From Escherichia coli (GTDB lineage: Bacteria; Pseudomonadota; Gammaproteobacteria; Enterobacterales; Enterobacteriaceae): DNA of 64,000 nucleotides. The translations under genes and the position numbers were made by a program. The notes beneath the pieces are model-generated. The model made no database searches, was not told where the DNA came from, and saw only the letters and a program-made list of their open reading frames with translations. This document shows positions 50,208-59,337 of the stretch, piece by piece. Position 1 is the stretch's first letter. Every line of letters starts with the position of its first letter. The stretch is from the NCBI RefSeq assembly GCF_013315695.1, contig NZ_CP054353.1; one strand, written 5' to 3'.

Positions 50208-51968
50208 ACCTGGACTCAATCAGGTGTTAACTCACTTTTTATTAAAAAATGAATAAGCGCAGTTCCCTGCCCTGCCTGTTTAAGGCCAGAGCAGAGAGCT
50301 ACAAAGATGAATTACTGTTGATGAGGATTCAGACGACGATGGCTAATGATGCGTAGCAGACGCCAGACGACCCACGCCAGAAGCACCACACTCAGCATTG
50401 CCATTCCTGCCAGCAAAACAGGATGTTTCGCTAACATATATTGCGCGCGCTCAATCCAGGGAAGATGCCCCACATAATAGGTATCTCCAACCCGTAAACT
50501 ATCGACACCTGATTCACGAATAACCGCAACTGAGCCAAATATATTGCCACGTTTTGCACTATTAATTAGCGCATTATTAAGTAACTCGTCACCACGTGCC
50601 CCCTCGGTCATTAATGCAATTACGCTACGTTGGGGATGATATGGAGACTGGAAACCAACCACCGCGGCCATTGGCGATGGAGAGATCATGCTTGTTTGTG
50701 TTTCAGTTTTTTGGTTGTTTTCATCTGTCATAATTTGTGCGTTATCAGAGTGCCGCATTGGCGTTTTTACCCAACTAGCGGTTGCATCAATGAGCAGATT
50801 AATTTGCTGCTGACCTGCAAATTCTTGCGGAATTGCCCCTATCAGCAGGATGTCTGCATCCTTATTCTGGATGGAGCTTATATCATCAGTAACTGTCAGA
50901 TTAATTGCCGGAAATCCGGTTTGAGCACCAATCAATCCAAGGGTATTTAGCAATATTTCAACCTGCGTTGTACCAGGATGTTCAGGCATAACGATGACTG
51001 TTTCAGATAAATCGGCCATACGGCTAAAAGGAAAGCCTGAACTAGCAAAGGCGCGTAAATCTGGCATGGCGATAAAGTGATGATACTTTGAAAAATCGAT
51101 AGTAGAATCATCAGCAATAACTGCATGGTTATTCAGAGGCCGGGAAATAATACAACTCCCGTCATCAGTACTCGGTATCGTATTAACGTACTCAAAATTG
51201 AATCGTAATTGATTAAGTGCCCCCAATGTCAGCGCCGGAATGGTAATTTTATTATTGCTATCTGACAATTCTTGCAATAACGGTAAATGTAATAGCAGTC
51301 GATCAGTAGTCGAGCGCGGGCTTGGGCGAAAAGATTCAATGTACTGATTATTAAGATTAACATCAATACGAGAACCGCCTACCATTGGCGTGGTATAGCG
51401 ATAGTTAATCTTCATATCAACCCCACTATTACGTAACAGAAAGAGATCAGGCGGCAAATTGAATGAAACATTAATTGCTGCGATCTGCAGGGCACTTGCC
51501 TGTAACTGTCCTTCATAGTTTTTAAGCTCTGCGAAAGTTACAGGACGATCAGTGCGAACCCAGTTTGGCGCATCATAAGGTTTGCGTGGCAGCAGTGGTT
51601 TCACGTCATTTACAACCACACTATCGCCGCGAAACAGTATATTTCCCTGAGCGAGACCTTTTGCTGCCTGTAATAAATCTTTGTCATCGCGGCCCCAAAT
51701 TACCAACAATTTGACGAAAGGATTTTGTGGATGGTTAATCATCTTAATAACAGGTGCATTCACCAACGGATGATCACGCAAAAAGTCTGGCCGTCTATTG
51801 TTAGTGGCAAAGACTATAGCATTGCTTTCCGGTAACTGATTATAAAAAACTGGAAATTGATGACCACGCCACCCCGATTGCGAACCAAACCACGAAGCGA
51901 CAATTGCAGATGCTTGCTGCAAACCAGCCTCCGGTGGGCCAGCAAAAACCATCGGCAATGTATTAGTA

Positions 51969-51977
51969 CGGTTATCT
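51969..51977. repeat. 9-bp IS1 target-site duplication, left copy (CGGTTATCT)
   Basis: Identical 9-mer at 52746-52754 flanks the other end of IS1. Confidence 0.9.
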
Positions 51978-52032
51978 GGTGATGCTGCCAACTTACTGAT
52001 TTAGTGTATGATGGTGTTTTTGAGGTGCTCCA

Positions 52033-52308
52033 GTGGCTTCTGTTTCTATCAGCTGTCCCTCCTGTTCAGCTACTGACGGGGTGGTGCGTAACGGCAAAAG
52101 CACCGCCGGACATCAGCGCTATCTCTGCTCTCACTGCCGTAAAACATGGCAACTGCAGTTCACTTACACCGCTTCTCAACCCGGTACGCACCAGAAAATC
52201 ATTGATATGGCCATGAATGGCGTTGGATGCCGGGCAACAGCCCGCATTATGGGCGTTGGCCTCAACACGATTTTACGTCACTTAAAAAACTCAGGCCGCA
52301 GTCGGTAA
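52033..52308 (+). CDS. insA: IS1 InsA (transposition inhibitor / N-terminal part of InsAB' transposase)
   Basis: 91-aa [45 protein letters not shown]... matching IS1 InsA. Confidence 0.95.
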
Positions 52309-52730
52309 CCTCGCGCATACAGCCGGGCAGTGACGTCATCGTCTGCGCGGAAATGGACGAACAGTGGGGCTATGTCGGGGCTAAATCGCGCCAGCGCTGG
52401 CTGTTTTACGCGTATGACAGGCTCCGGAAGACGGTTGTTGCGCACGTATTCGGTGAACGCACTATGGCGACGCTGGGGCGTCTTATGAGCCTGCTGTCAC
52501 CCTTTGACGTGGTGATATGGATGACGGATGGCTGGCCGCTGTATGAATCCCGCCTGAAGGGAAAGCTGCACGTAATCAGCAAGCGATATACGCAGCGAAT
52601 TGAGCGGCATAACCTGAATCTGAGGCAGCACCTGGCACGGCTGGGACGGAAGTCGCTGTCGTTCTCAAAATCGGTGGAGCTGCATGACAAAGTCATCGGG
52701 CATTATCTGAACATAAAACACTATCAATAA
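52227..52730 (+). CDS. insB: IS1 InsB frame (expressed as InsAB' via -1 frameshift)
   Basis: 167-aa ORF in the -1 frame relative to insA, matching IS1 InsB. Confidence 0.9.
52282..52290 (+). promoter_or_regulatory. IS1 programmed -1 ribosomal frameshift site (TTAAAAAAC)
   Basis: The A6C slippery motif lies in the insA/insB overlap, where the IS1 frameshift site is known to be. Confidence 0.7.
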
Positions 52731-52745
52731 GTTGGAGTCATTACC

Positions 52746-52754
52746 CGGTTATCT
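52746..52754. repeat. 9-bp IS1 target-site duplication, right copy (CGGTTATCT)
   Basis: Exact repeat of 51969-51977. Confidence 0.9.
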
Positions 52755-53455
52755 CGCGGATCAAAGAATGGCACAGGAAAATATGAAAGATCATTTTGCA
52801 GATTGAGTTTCTGGACGACCAGACCAAGTTCACTGTTACGTCCAATATCAAGCCACAAGTTATTGCTGGTTGAGATTTCACAGCTATTCTGATAATGGCC
52901 AATTAATTCAAAACGCAAACGATTAAAATCCGAGAAATACAATGGGTTAAGCGTTATTTCCGCCAACGTTTTTTTTCCCAGTTGTTCTTTGGTAATCGGT
53001 AATACTCCCATCAACTCATCATTAAGATAAACTTTAAGCTGCGACTGAACGGGGATCAATGACGGTGACGGAGTATATTCAAGCTTTAGTTTTGCATCTG
53101 AAACTATCTCATCACTGCGCATACCAAATTCAATATACCCCAGTGGGTTGACACCATTCAAAACGATGTTACCAGGCGCTGGTGATATTTGTGTAAATGG
53201 AAGTTTAAAATGATAAGAGGAATCTTTCGCATAAACAGAGACGTTAGACTTCTCTATAGCGGGTAATACTATCCCGGAGGGAGACTTATGGATTATGGTA
53301 TCTAAAGCTGATGCAGCATTTGCCTGGTATAACCATAAAAACCCTAAGCAAATTATTGCAGTAATAAATTTTAAATATTTTCTTTCCATTTTAAAAATTT
53401 CAAGAGACATAATCAACACAAATAATATATTTAGTTGGTTAAATATAATCTAAAA

Positions 53456-55570
53456 CTAATTCTCACGACTATTTTTTAGTGTCCGCAGAATATAAAAAAT
53501 CATATTGTAATACCCTTTAAGAGAGATGATACATACGTCAAAAAAGCTCTTTAGTATATTATCTTGCTTAATTTTATCATTCCACTCTTGCCATAATGAA
53601 TCACGTGAAAATGTTACTCTGACATAATTAATATTCTGTTCATAAGTCATTGGCAAAATCTTCAGACCAATTTTATTTTTGTAAGCATGAACAACTTTTA
53701 CAGGAATATCACATTCCCCTTTATTATCACTCAGATAAAGAGACAAATGCTGAGTTTTTTCGATTTCTTTTACATCGGAGATGTGATCAACAATAACCCC
53801 CAGGCCACCTTCGGAGAAATCAATAACAGAACAGGGATAGCACCGTCCATCTGCTAGTTTTATCACACCTTTAAAAGAAACATCTATCCGAGGAGAAAAG
53901 CGGACCTGCTTTTGTTCAATAGAGACTGCCAGGGTTGCGCCAATAATAATTGTATTATAAATCAACCAAATCAAACAAAATAAATTTAATATAACAAGAT
54001 GACCTTGCAATCTATAAATATTAATAACACCTATTATTAGTCCAATTAAATTTAAAATAGCAAAAATAAGATAAGGATATGAGATTCGCCAGTCAACAAA
54101 TTTATTTTTTATTAACCCGCCCTTGGCAGTAACGTTAAATCGCCCTTTAGCTGGCGCAAGTAAGGCAACAAGCGTTGGTAGTGTAATATACCAGGCCAGA
54201 ACCATTTCATAAATTTCATTCCAAAATGAATGTCTGTATTCACCCTGAACTCTTGAGTTAGTAAAAATAATCACAAATAGATAAGGTAGAACATAAGACA
54301 TAATATCTGCAACCGACGCATCTATCAAATTAACTGAAAAGAAAATAGGACATAGTGGCGCGAATAAAAAAATCAGCCGTGGAACCCCTGATAAAAAATG
54401 CATCATGCTACTGAGATAGCAAAGACGCTGTGATAACGTCAGCCCTTTGCCCAATAATGGATTATCAATACGTAAGATTTGGATCATGCCCCTGGCCCAC
54501 CGTATTCGTTGTCCGATATGAGCAGACAATGTTTCGGTAGCAAGTCCAGCGGCCAGAGGATAGCGAAGATATGCGGAGCTGTACCCTGCACGATGCAAGC
54601 GTAGCGATGTATGCGCATCTTCCGTTACCGTTTCAACTGCAATGCCTCCAACCTCATCTAATGCAGACCTACGGATAACCGCGCATGAACCACAAAAAAA
54701 TGAAGCATTCCATGTATCGGTGCCATTCTGGATTAAACCATAAAAAAGATGTCCTTCATTTGGTTTCTGCCGAAATTGCCCCAAGTTTCGCTCAAAAGGA
54801 TCGGGAGAGAAAAAATGATGTGGTGTTTGCAGCATCGATAGTTTTTTATCGGCAATAAACCAGCCCATCGTTTTTTTTAAAAAAGAAACGGAAGGAATAT
54901 GATCACAATCGAAAATAGCAACAAATTCGCCGTTAGCTATTTTAAGCGCATTGTTTATATTTCCAGCTTTCGCATGTTCATGCGTTTCTCTTGCAACATA
55001 GCAAATACCTGACTCATCAGCAAATTTCCTGAATTCGTCTCTGGCACCATCATCAAGAAGCCAGACATGTAATTTATCTTTTGGCCAGTCTAAAGCCAGC
55101 GCTCCATAAACTGTATTCTTCACGACAGTAAAGGGTTCATTATATGTAGGTATGAATATATCGACATCAGGCCATTCTTCTTTATTATCTGGTAAAGGTA
55201 TGCTTTCCCTGTTCAATGGGAAACAGACCTGAAAATAACCAAGTAATAAAACAAACCATGCATACGTTTCAGCAGCTAACAGCGTCAATGAAAAGAAGCT
55301 GTCAGGAAACTCATCAAGAATAACTGAAGAAGAGTAACGCCACCATAGATACCTTGTGGATATAAGTATACCAATACCCATTAAGATCAGGGTAATCATC
55401 CTTCCCCTGAGCAAATTGAGGAGAAAAACAGAGATACAAATGATAATCGAGAATAGTGTTTGTTGATAAAAACCGAGCGGCTGTTCAACAATTGACAAAA
55501 AAACAAAACATAGCAATATAGCAACAAAAAGAAAAATTTTGTTGTATATTTCTTTATTTTTTAAATTCAT
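53456..55570 (-). CDS. BcsA-like processive family-2 glycosyltransferase with C-terminal PilZ (c-di-GMP-binding) domain
   Basis: 704-aa ORF with eight or more predicted TM helices, GT2 motifs (LLDDGARDEF, FDCDH, TVTEDAHT, QRIRWARG, FFCGSCAV) and PilZ motifs (RFSPR = RxxxR; DFSEGG = DxSxxG). About 35% GC. Confidence 0.88.
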   Translation of the reverse strand: MNLKNKEIYNKIFLFVAILLCFVFLSIVEQPLGFYQQTLFSIIICISVFLLNLLRGRMITLILMGIGILISTRYLWWRYSSSVILDEFPDSFFSLTLLAAETYAWFVLLLGYFQVCFPLNRESIPLPDNKEEWPDVDIFIPTYNEPFTVVKNTVYGALALDWPKDKLHVWLLDDGARDEFRKFADESGICYVARETHEHAKAGNINNALKIANGEFVAIFDCDHIPSVSFLKKTMGWFIADKKLSMLQTPHHFFSPDPFERNLGQFRQKPNEGHLFYGLIQNGTDTWNASFFCGSCAVIRRSALDEVGGIAVETVTEDAHTSLRLHRAGYSSAYLRYPLAAGLATETLSAHIGQRIRWARGMIQILRIDNPLLGKGLTLSQRLCYLSSMMHFLSGVPRLIFLFAPLCPIFFSVNLIDASVADIMSYVLPYLFVIIFTNSRVQGEYRHSFWNEIYEMVLAWYITLPTLVALLAPAKGRFNVTAKGGLIKNKFVDWRISYPYLIFAILNLIGLIIGVINIYRLQGHLVILNLFCLIWLIYNTIIIGATLAVSIEQKQVRFSPRIDVSFKGVIKLADGRCYPCSVIDFSEGGLGVIVDHISDVKEIEKTQHLSLYLSDNKGECDIPVKVVHAYKNKIGLKILPMTYEQNINYVRVTFSRDSLWQEWNDKIKQDNILKSFFDVCIISLKGYYNMIFYILRTLKNSREN

Positions 55571-55643
55571 GGTACGTAACTATTCATTAATACTATGATT
55601 TGACTTTAAAAAAACGAATGAATGATGTCATAAAAATAAAATT

Positions 55644-56984
55644 TTAACACCAGGTTACCTGTGCTCTTCCATTTTGCTTACTTTTGTATAATCGTTCATC
55701 TGCCAGTAATTTCAACCGTTCAATGTTATTCATGCACTCGTCAGTATTGGCAACACCAATACTGCAACTACAATTCAATCCACCTATTGAGAAATGGACT
55801 ATTCTGTGCAAAATTCTTGATAATTGATTTATATCTTTATCATGATAAATAATAGCGAACTCATCGCCACCAAATCGATAAACTTCACCTTTGCTGAGGG
55901 GTAATTCATCCTTAATAAGATTAACAAGTCTTATTAGTACTTCATCACCAAATAAATGACCAAACTTGTCATTAATGGTTTTAAACTTATCTACATCAAA
56001 CAGGCATAAATATCCAAAATCCTTACTCAGCATCCTGATATTTTTATCAAAAACACGACACCCAGAAGCTCGCGTCAATGCATCGTAAGTCCCGGAATCA
56101 TATATTTCTCTAATTGCATCAATCTCTTCAACGTTAAAGAATAGATTTTTTCCATGCAAATTATAATGATTATTCGATAATATAGATTCTTTTTCTGACT
56201 TACCCTTATTTATGATTTTTTGCATTAATTTAATGTAATGAAAATATATTAACCCCGCAGAAATCGCCGATGTGAAAACAAAAAACAAGCACATATAAAT
56301 ATACTTATCTTTTTTATAGGCAACAATAAACATTACTTCCGGGATATAAGAATAAGCAAGAGTGATCGCTGATTTCTCAAATACAGCATCATTAATCAAA
56401 AAATCATCACCCGCGATTTTCTTTTCATTATCATTGATATCATAAAATGAGACATATATATTTTCCCGTTCACCTGACTGATTTCTTATCAAAGCCAAAT
56501 AACGTTCAGGATCTACCACTGATATCAAACTTGTTCGTTTCGAAATAGGATGAGCATAATAAATATAATATTTATTATTTAAACTAATAATCCCTCTTTC
56601 AAAGATGTTACTTATACGGATAGAAGAAACTATGCCGTCACAAAAGTTATCCCCTTCCGTTGTAACTTTGGCGCATTTACCATCGCTAATGATATAGGGA
56701 CCTAGATCATAAATATATTCTGGTTTTTGAAAGTCAGCAAAACTATTGCGTATCCTTTTTAACAACTCTTCCGGAGAAATATCTAACCCATAAAATACAT
56801 TATTAAATACTAAGCGCCGATACTCAGACACATTAGCTATAGCAAGCCCACTATCTATGATCGATACCTTTACCGAATTGACTCGATCTTTAACGTAAAT
56901 AGTATACAGATAACATGTCATTACAGAGACACATAAAAAATACAAAAAACAGATCCCTGCTGCCTTTTTTTTATACTTAAACAT
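55644..56984 (-). CDS. membrane-anchored diguanylate cyclase (two TM helices flanking a periplasmic domain + GGDEF domain); DgcI/YliF-like by architecture
   Basis: 446-aa ORF with GGDEF-domain motifs DALT, FDVDKFKTINDKFGH, RFGGDEFAII and ADERLYKSKQNGR; no RxxD I-site five residues upstream of GGDEF. About 30% GC. Confidence 0.85.
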   Translation of the reverse strand: MFKYKKKAAGICFLYFLCVSVMTCYLYTIYVKDRVNSVKVSIIDSGLAIANVSEYRRLVFNNVFYGLDISPEELLKRIRNSFADFQKPEYIYDLGPYIISDGKCAKVTTEGDNFCDGIVSSIRISNIFERGIISLNNKYYIYYAHPISKRTSLISVVDPERYLALIRNQSGERENIYVSFYDINDNEKKIAGDDFLINDAVFEKSAITLAYSYIPEVMFIVAYKKDKYIYMCLFFVFTSAISAGLIYFHYIKLMQKIINKGKSEKESILSNNHYNLHGKNLFFNVEEIDAIREIYDSGTYDALTRASGCRVFDKNIRMLSKDFGYLCLFDVDKFKTINDKFGHLFGDEVLIRLVNLIKDELPLSKGEVYRFGGDEFAIIYHDKDINQLSRILHRIVHFSIGGLNCSCSIGVANTDECMNNIERLKLLADERLYKSKQNGRAQVTWC

Positions 56985-56988
56985 TGTG

Positions 56989-59337
56989 TTATTTTCTTTT
57001 TTTCGGTTTACTGTCTATATGCCACTCTGAAAACGGTAATGGTTTCTGGTATAAATATCCCTGAACATGGGAGAAGCCTAATTTTTGTAATTCTCTGGCC
57101 TGTCTTTCTGTTTCAACACCTTCAGCGATCACTGGCATATTTTCTTCTCGTGCAAGACTAGATATAAAACACACAACCCTGTTAGTTTCATCGAAAATAC
57201 CAGAAGTAAATTCTGAATCAATTTTGATGCTATCAGGTCTAACTTTGTATAATTTTTTCAAGTCAGCTAACCCACTGCCAAAATCATCAAGGGAAATTTT
57301 AATGCCATTTCTTCTTAAAAATTTTATATTATTATAAAAACTATCATTTATATCTTTCATTGCTGACTCGGTGATCTCCAGACAGATTTGTTCCGTATTT
57401 ACGCCAAATTTATTAATTAAATTCAAAACGCGGGTATGGAAATCAAATTCATTTAACTGCCAAGGTGAAACATTGATATGCAGAAGAAATTCTTTCGTAA
57501 TTTCATACTCACGACTAAATGAACCAAATTCACCAATAGCCGTTTCAAGAACAAAATCACCCAGTTCTTTAATTAAGCCAATTTCTTCAGCAACAGGCAC
57601 GAAAACTGATGGTGGTATTGCACCATTTTCAACGGACAACCAGCGGCATAACGCTTCGGCGCCAACAACATTATTACTATCCATATCAACAATCGGTTGA
57701 TATACTAAATAAAACTCACTACTCACAATTGCTTTTTTTATATTTCCAGCAACCCAAACCTTTTGATCAAGTTCATGAGCCTTAATATCATCATAAAATA
57801 TAAATTCAGATTCTTTATTTTCTCGCATAGCTGTTAATGCCAGTTTCAGTTTACCTTCATAAATCGACAAACTTTCCCCTGAAAAAGTTTCACAAATAGC
57901 AACCTTATGAACATAAATATTTCTTATGCAAAAAATATGCTCAGGAAAGTTTAAAACAGATAATCGTTCTATGAACTCTTCACAATGAGTGTGACACAGC
58001 AACAAATATGTTTCAGTAGAAATTTTTATAATATCACAATATTTAGAATACTTTGCTGATATCTTTGATTTTATATCATTAATGATCTCATAAAATTTCT
58101 GACTGCCATGTATAGCCTCTACAAACTCTAATCCATAGATACAAAGCATACCAACTGCTGAATAGGTTTTATTATTAGTTTCAATGACAGATTTGTTGAT
58201 ATAGAAACAACTTCCTTGTTCATAGGAAACAAGATTAAGTAACCGTTCCATCCGCTCTTTGTATTTGTCACTAATGTTATTAATGATTTTTTTGAGCTCA
58301 ATAATCTCACTACTGTCATTTTGCACGATTTCGATTTTATCATTTCGGTATACTGAGCTCGCTAATTTTTTCAGATGCTCAATTAGTTTACCAGAGTCGT
58401 TTCTAACCTTTTTTGTTATCTTTTCAAAAAGGTACCATAATAAACAGAAACAAACCAAACCACATACAAACATCAGTGTAAAATATTTATTTATGTTTGT
58501 GTCTTCTGCTTTTTGATAATGAAAATAATGAAATTTGACATCAGGAAGCCTGGGGAGTGAAATAATATCGTCCGTATAATTACCGTTATTATTACTTATG
58601 TTATAACGTCCAGATGCATCTCTAACAATAAGATGTAACATTGATTGTTCATTACCTACCATAATCCTTTTATTCTGTTCCATAAATAAAATATCTGCAT
58701 TTCCTCCTAATTTGTCCAGGAAATTGCTAAAATATCTTTCATCAAGATCTAAATGAATTAACTTCAGAGCAAATGAATCTTTTTCTGCTTCGGCTGGTCG
58801 TAATGAAAACGAAAAACATTTTTTCCCGGCAATGCCATAGCAGTTATACCATGGTGACCATTTTGAATAAGTCCCTGTTGGTAATTTATTCCAGGGACGG
58901 GATTCAGGATCAAAGTAGTTATCGTTAATTTCACCATCAGGGCTAGTAAAAGCATGACCTGGCTCTGATTGCCCCAAAAATTTAACATCACCATTATCAG
59001 TTCGAATAAAGCTAAGATACTTTCCATTATTTAGCATTATTCCGACTAAATTAACAGAATCTATCTTTTTCATCCGATGAAGAACTGCGCGTTTTATTTC
59101 ATTTTCATCGTGTAACAGATAAATGGCATCTTTTAAAGCATCCGCCTCTTTTTCAACTTTAGAAAAAAAGTTATTCAAATTATTATTGATAAGTATAAGA
59201 TTAATGCGTGAAGAGTTTTCTGCTATTTTTTTATAAAAATCAATGGCTGTAATAAATGATAAAATAATATAGACAGTGACAGCGAATATAAGCGCAGTGT
59301 TAAATCTTGAGTTTAATTTTTCTGTGATGCTATACAT
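56989..59337 (-). CDS. membrane-anchored c-di-GMP phosphodiesterase (periplasmic sensor domain + cytoplasmic linker + EAL domain); PdeI/YliE-like by architecture
   Basis: 782-aa ORF; EAL-domain catalytic motifs are intact (EALCRW, NVSPWQ, EITES, DDFGSGL, KIDSEF, EGVETE, GYLYQKP). Its stop is 4 bp from the dgc start. Confidence 0.85.
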   Translation of the reverse strand: MYSITEKLNSRFNTALIFAVTVYIILSFITAIDFYKKIAENSSRINLILINNNLNNFFSKVEKEADALKDAIYLLHDENEIKRAVLHRMKKIDSVNLVGIMLNNGKYLSFIRTDNGDVKFLGQSEPGHAFTSPDGEINDNYFDPESRPWNKLPTGTYSKWSPWYNCYGIAGKKCFSFSLRPAEAEKDSFALKLIHLDLDERYFSNFLDKLGGNADILFMEQNKRIMVGNEQSMLHLIVRDASGRYNISNNNGNYTDDIISLPRLPDVKFHYFHYQKAEDTNINKYFTLMFVCGLVCFCLLWYLFEKITKKVRNDSGKLIEHLKKLASSVYRNDKIEIVQNDSSEIIELKKIINNISDKYKERMERLLNLVSYEQGSCFYINKSVIETNNKTYSAVGMLCIYGLEFVEAIHGSQKFYEIINDIKSKISAKYSKYCDIIKISTETYLLLCHTHCEEFIERLSVLNFPEHIFCIRNIYVHKVAICETFSGESLSIYEGKLKLALTAMRENKESEFIFYDDIKAHELDQKVWVAGNIKKAIVSSEFYLVYQPIVDMDSNNVVGAEALCRWLSVENGAIPPSVFVPVAEEIGLIKELGDFVLETAIGEFGSFSREYEITKEFLLHINVSPWQLNEFDFHTRVLNLINKFGVNTEQICLEITESAMKDINDSFYNNIKFLRRNGIKISLDDFGSGLADLKKLYKVRPDSIKIDSEFTSGIFDETNRVVCFISSLAREENMPVIAEGVETERQARELQKLGFSHVQGYLYQKPLPFSEWHIDSKPKKRK

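Larger units (their letters stand above)
51978..52745 (+). mobile_element. IS1 insertion sequence, complete (768 bp)
   Basis: Terminal sequences GGTGATGCTGCCAACTTACTGAT... and ...ATAAGTTGGAGTCATTACC, insA and insB ORFs, exact 768-bp length, 9-bp flanking direct repeat. Confidence 0.96.
50312..53419 (-). pseudogene. BcsB-like periplasmic cellulose-synthase subunit gene, disrupted by IS1
   Basis: N-terminal part (53419 to 52746) has a signal peptide and BcsB-like sequence; C-terminal part (51977 to 50312) ends in a single TM anchor (LLAGMAMLSVVLLAWVVWRLL). Removing IS1 and one 9-bp duplicate restores a continuous 777-codon frame. Confidence 0.85.
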
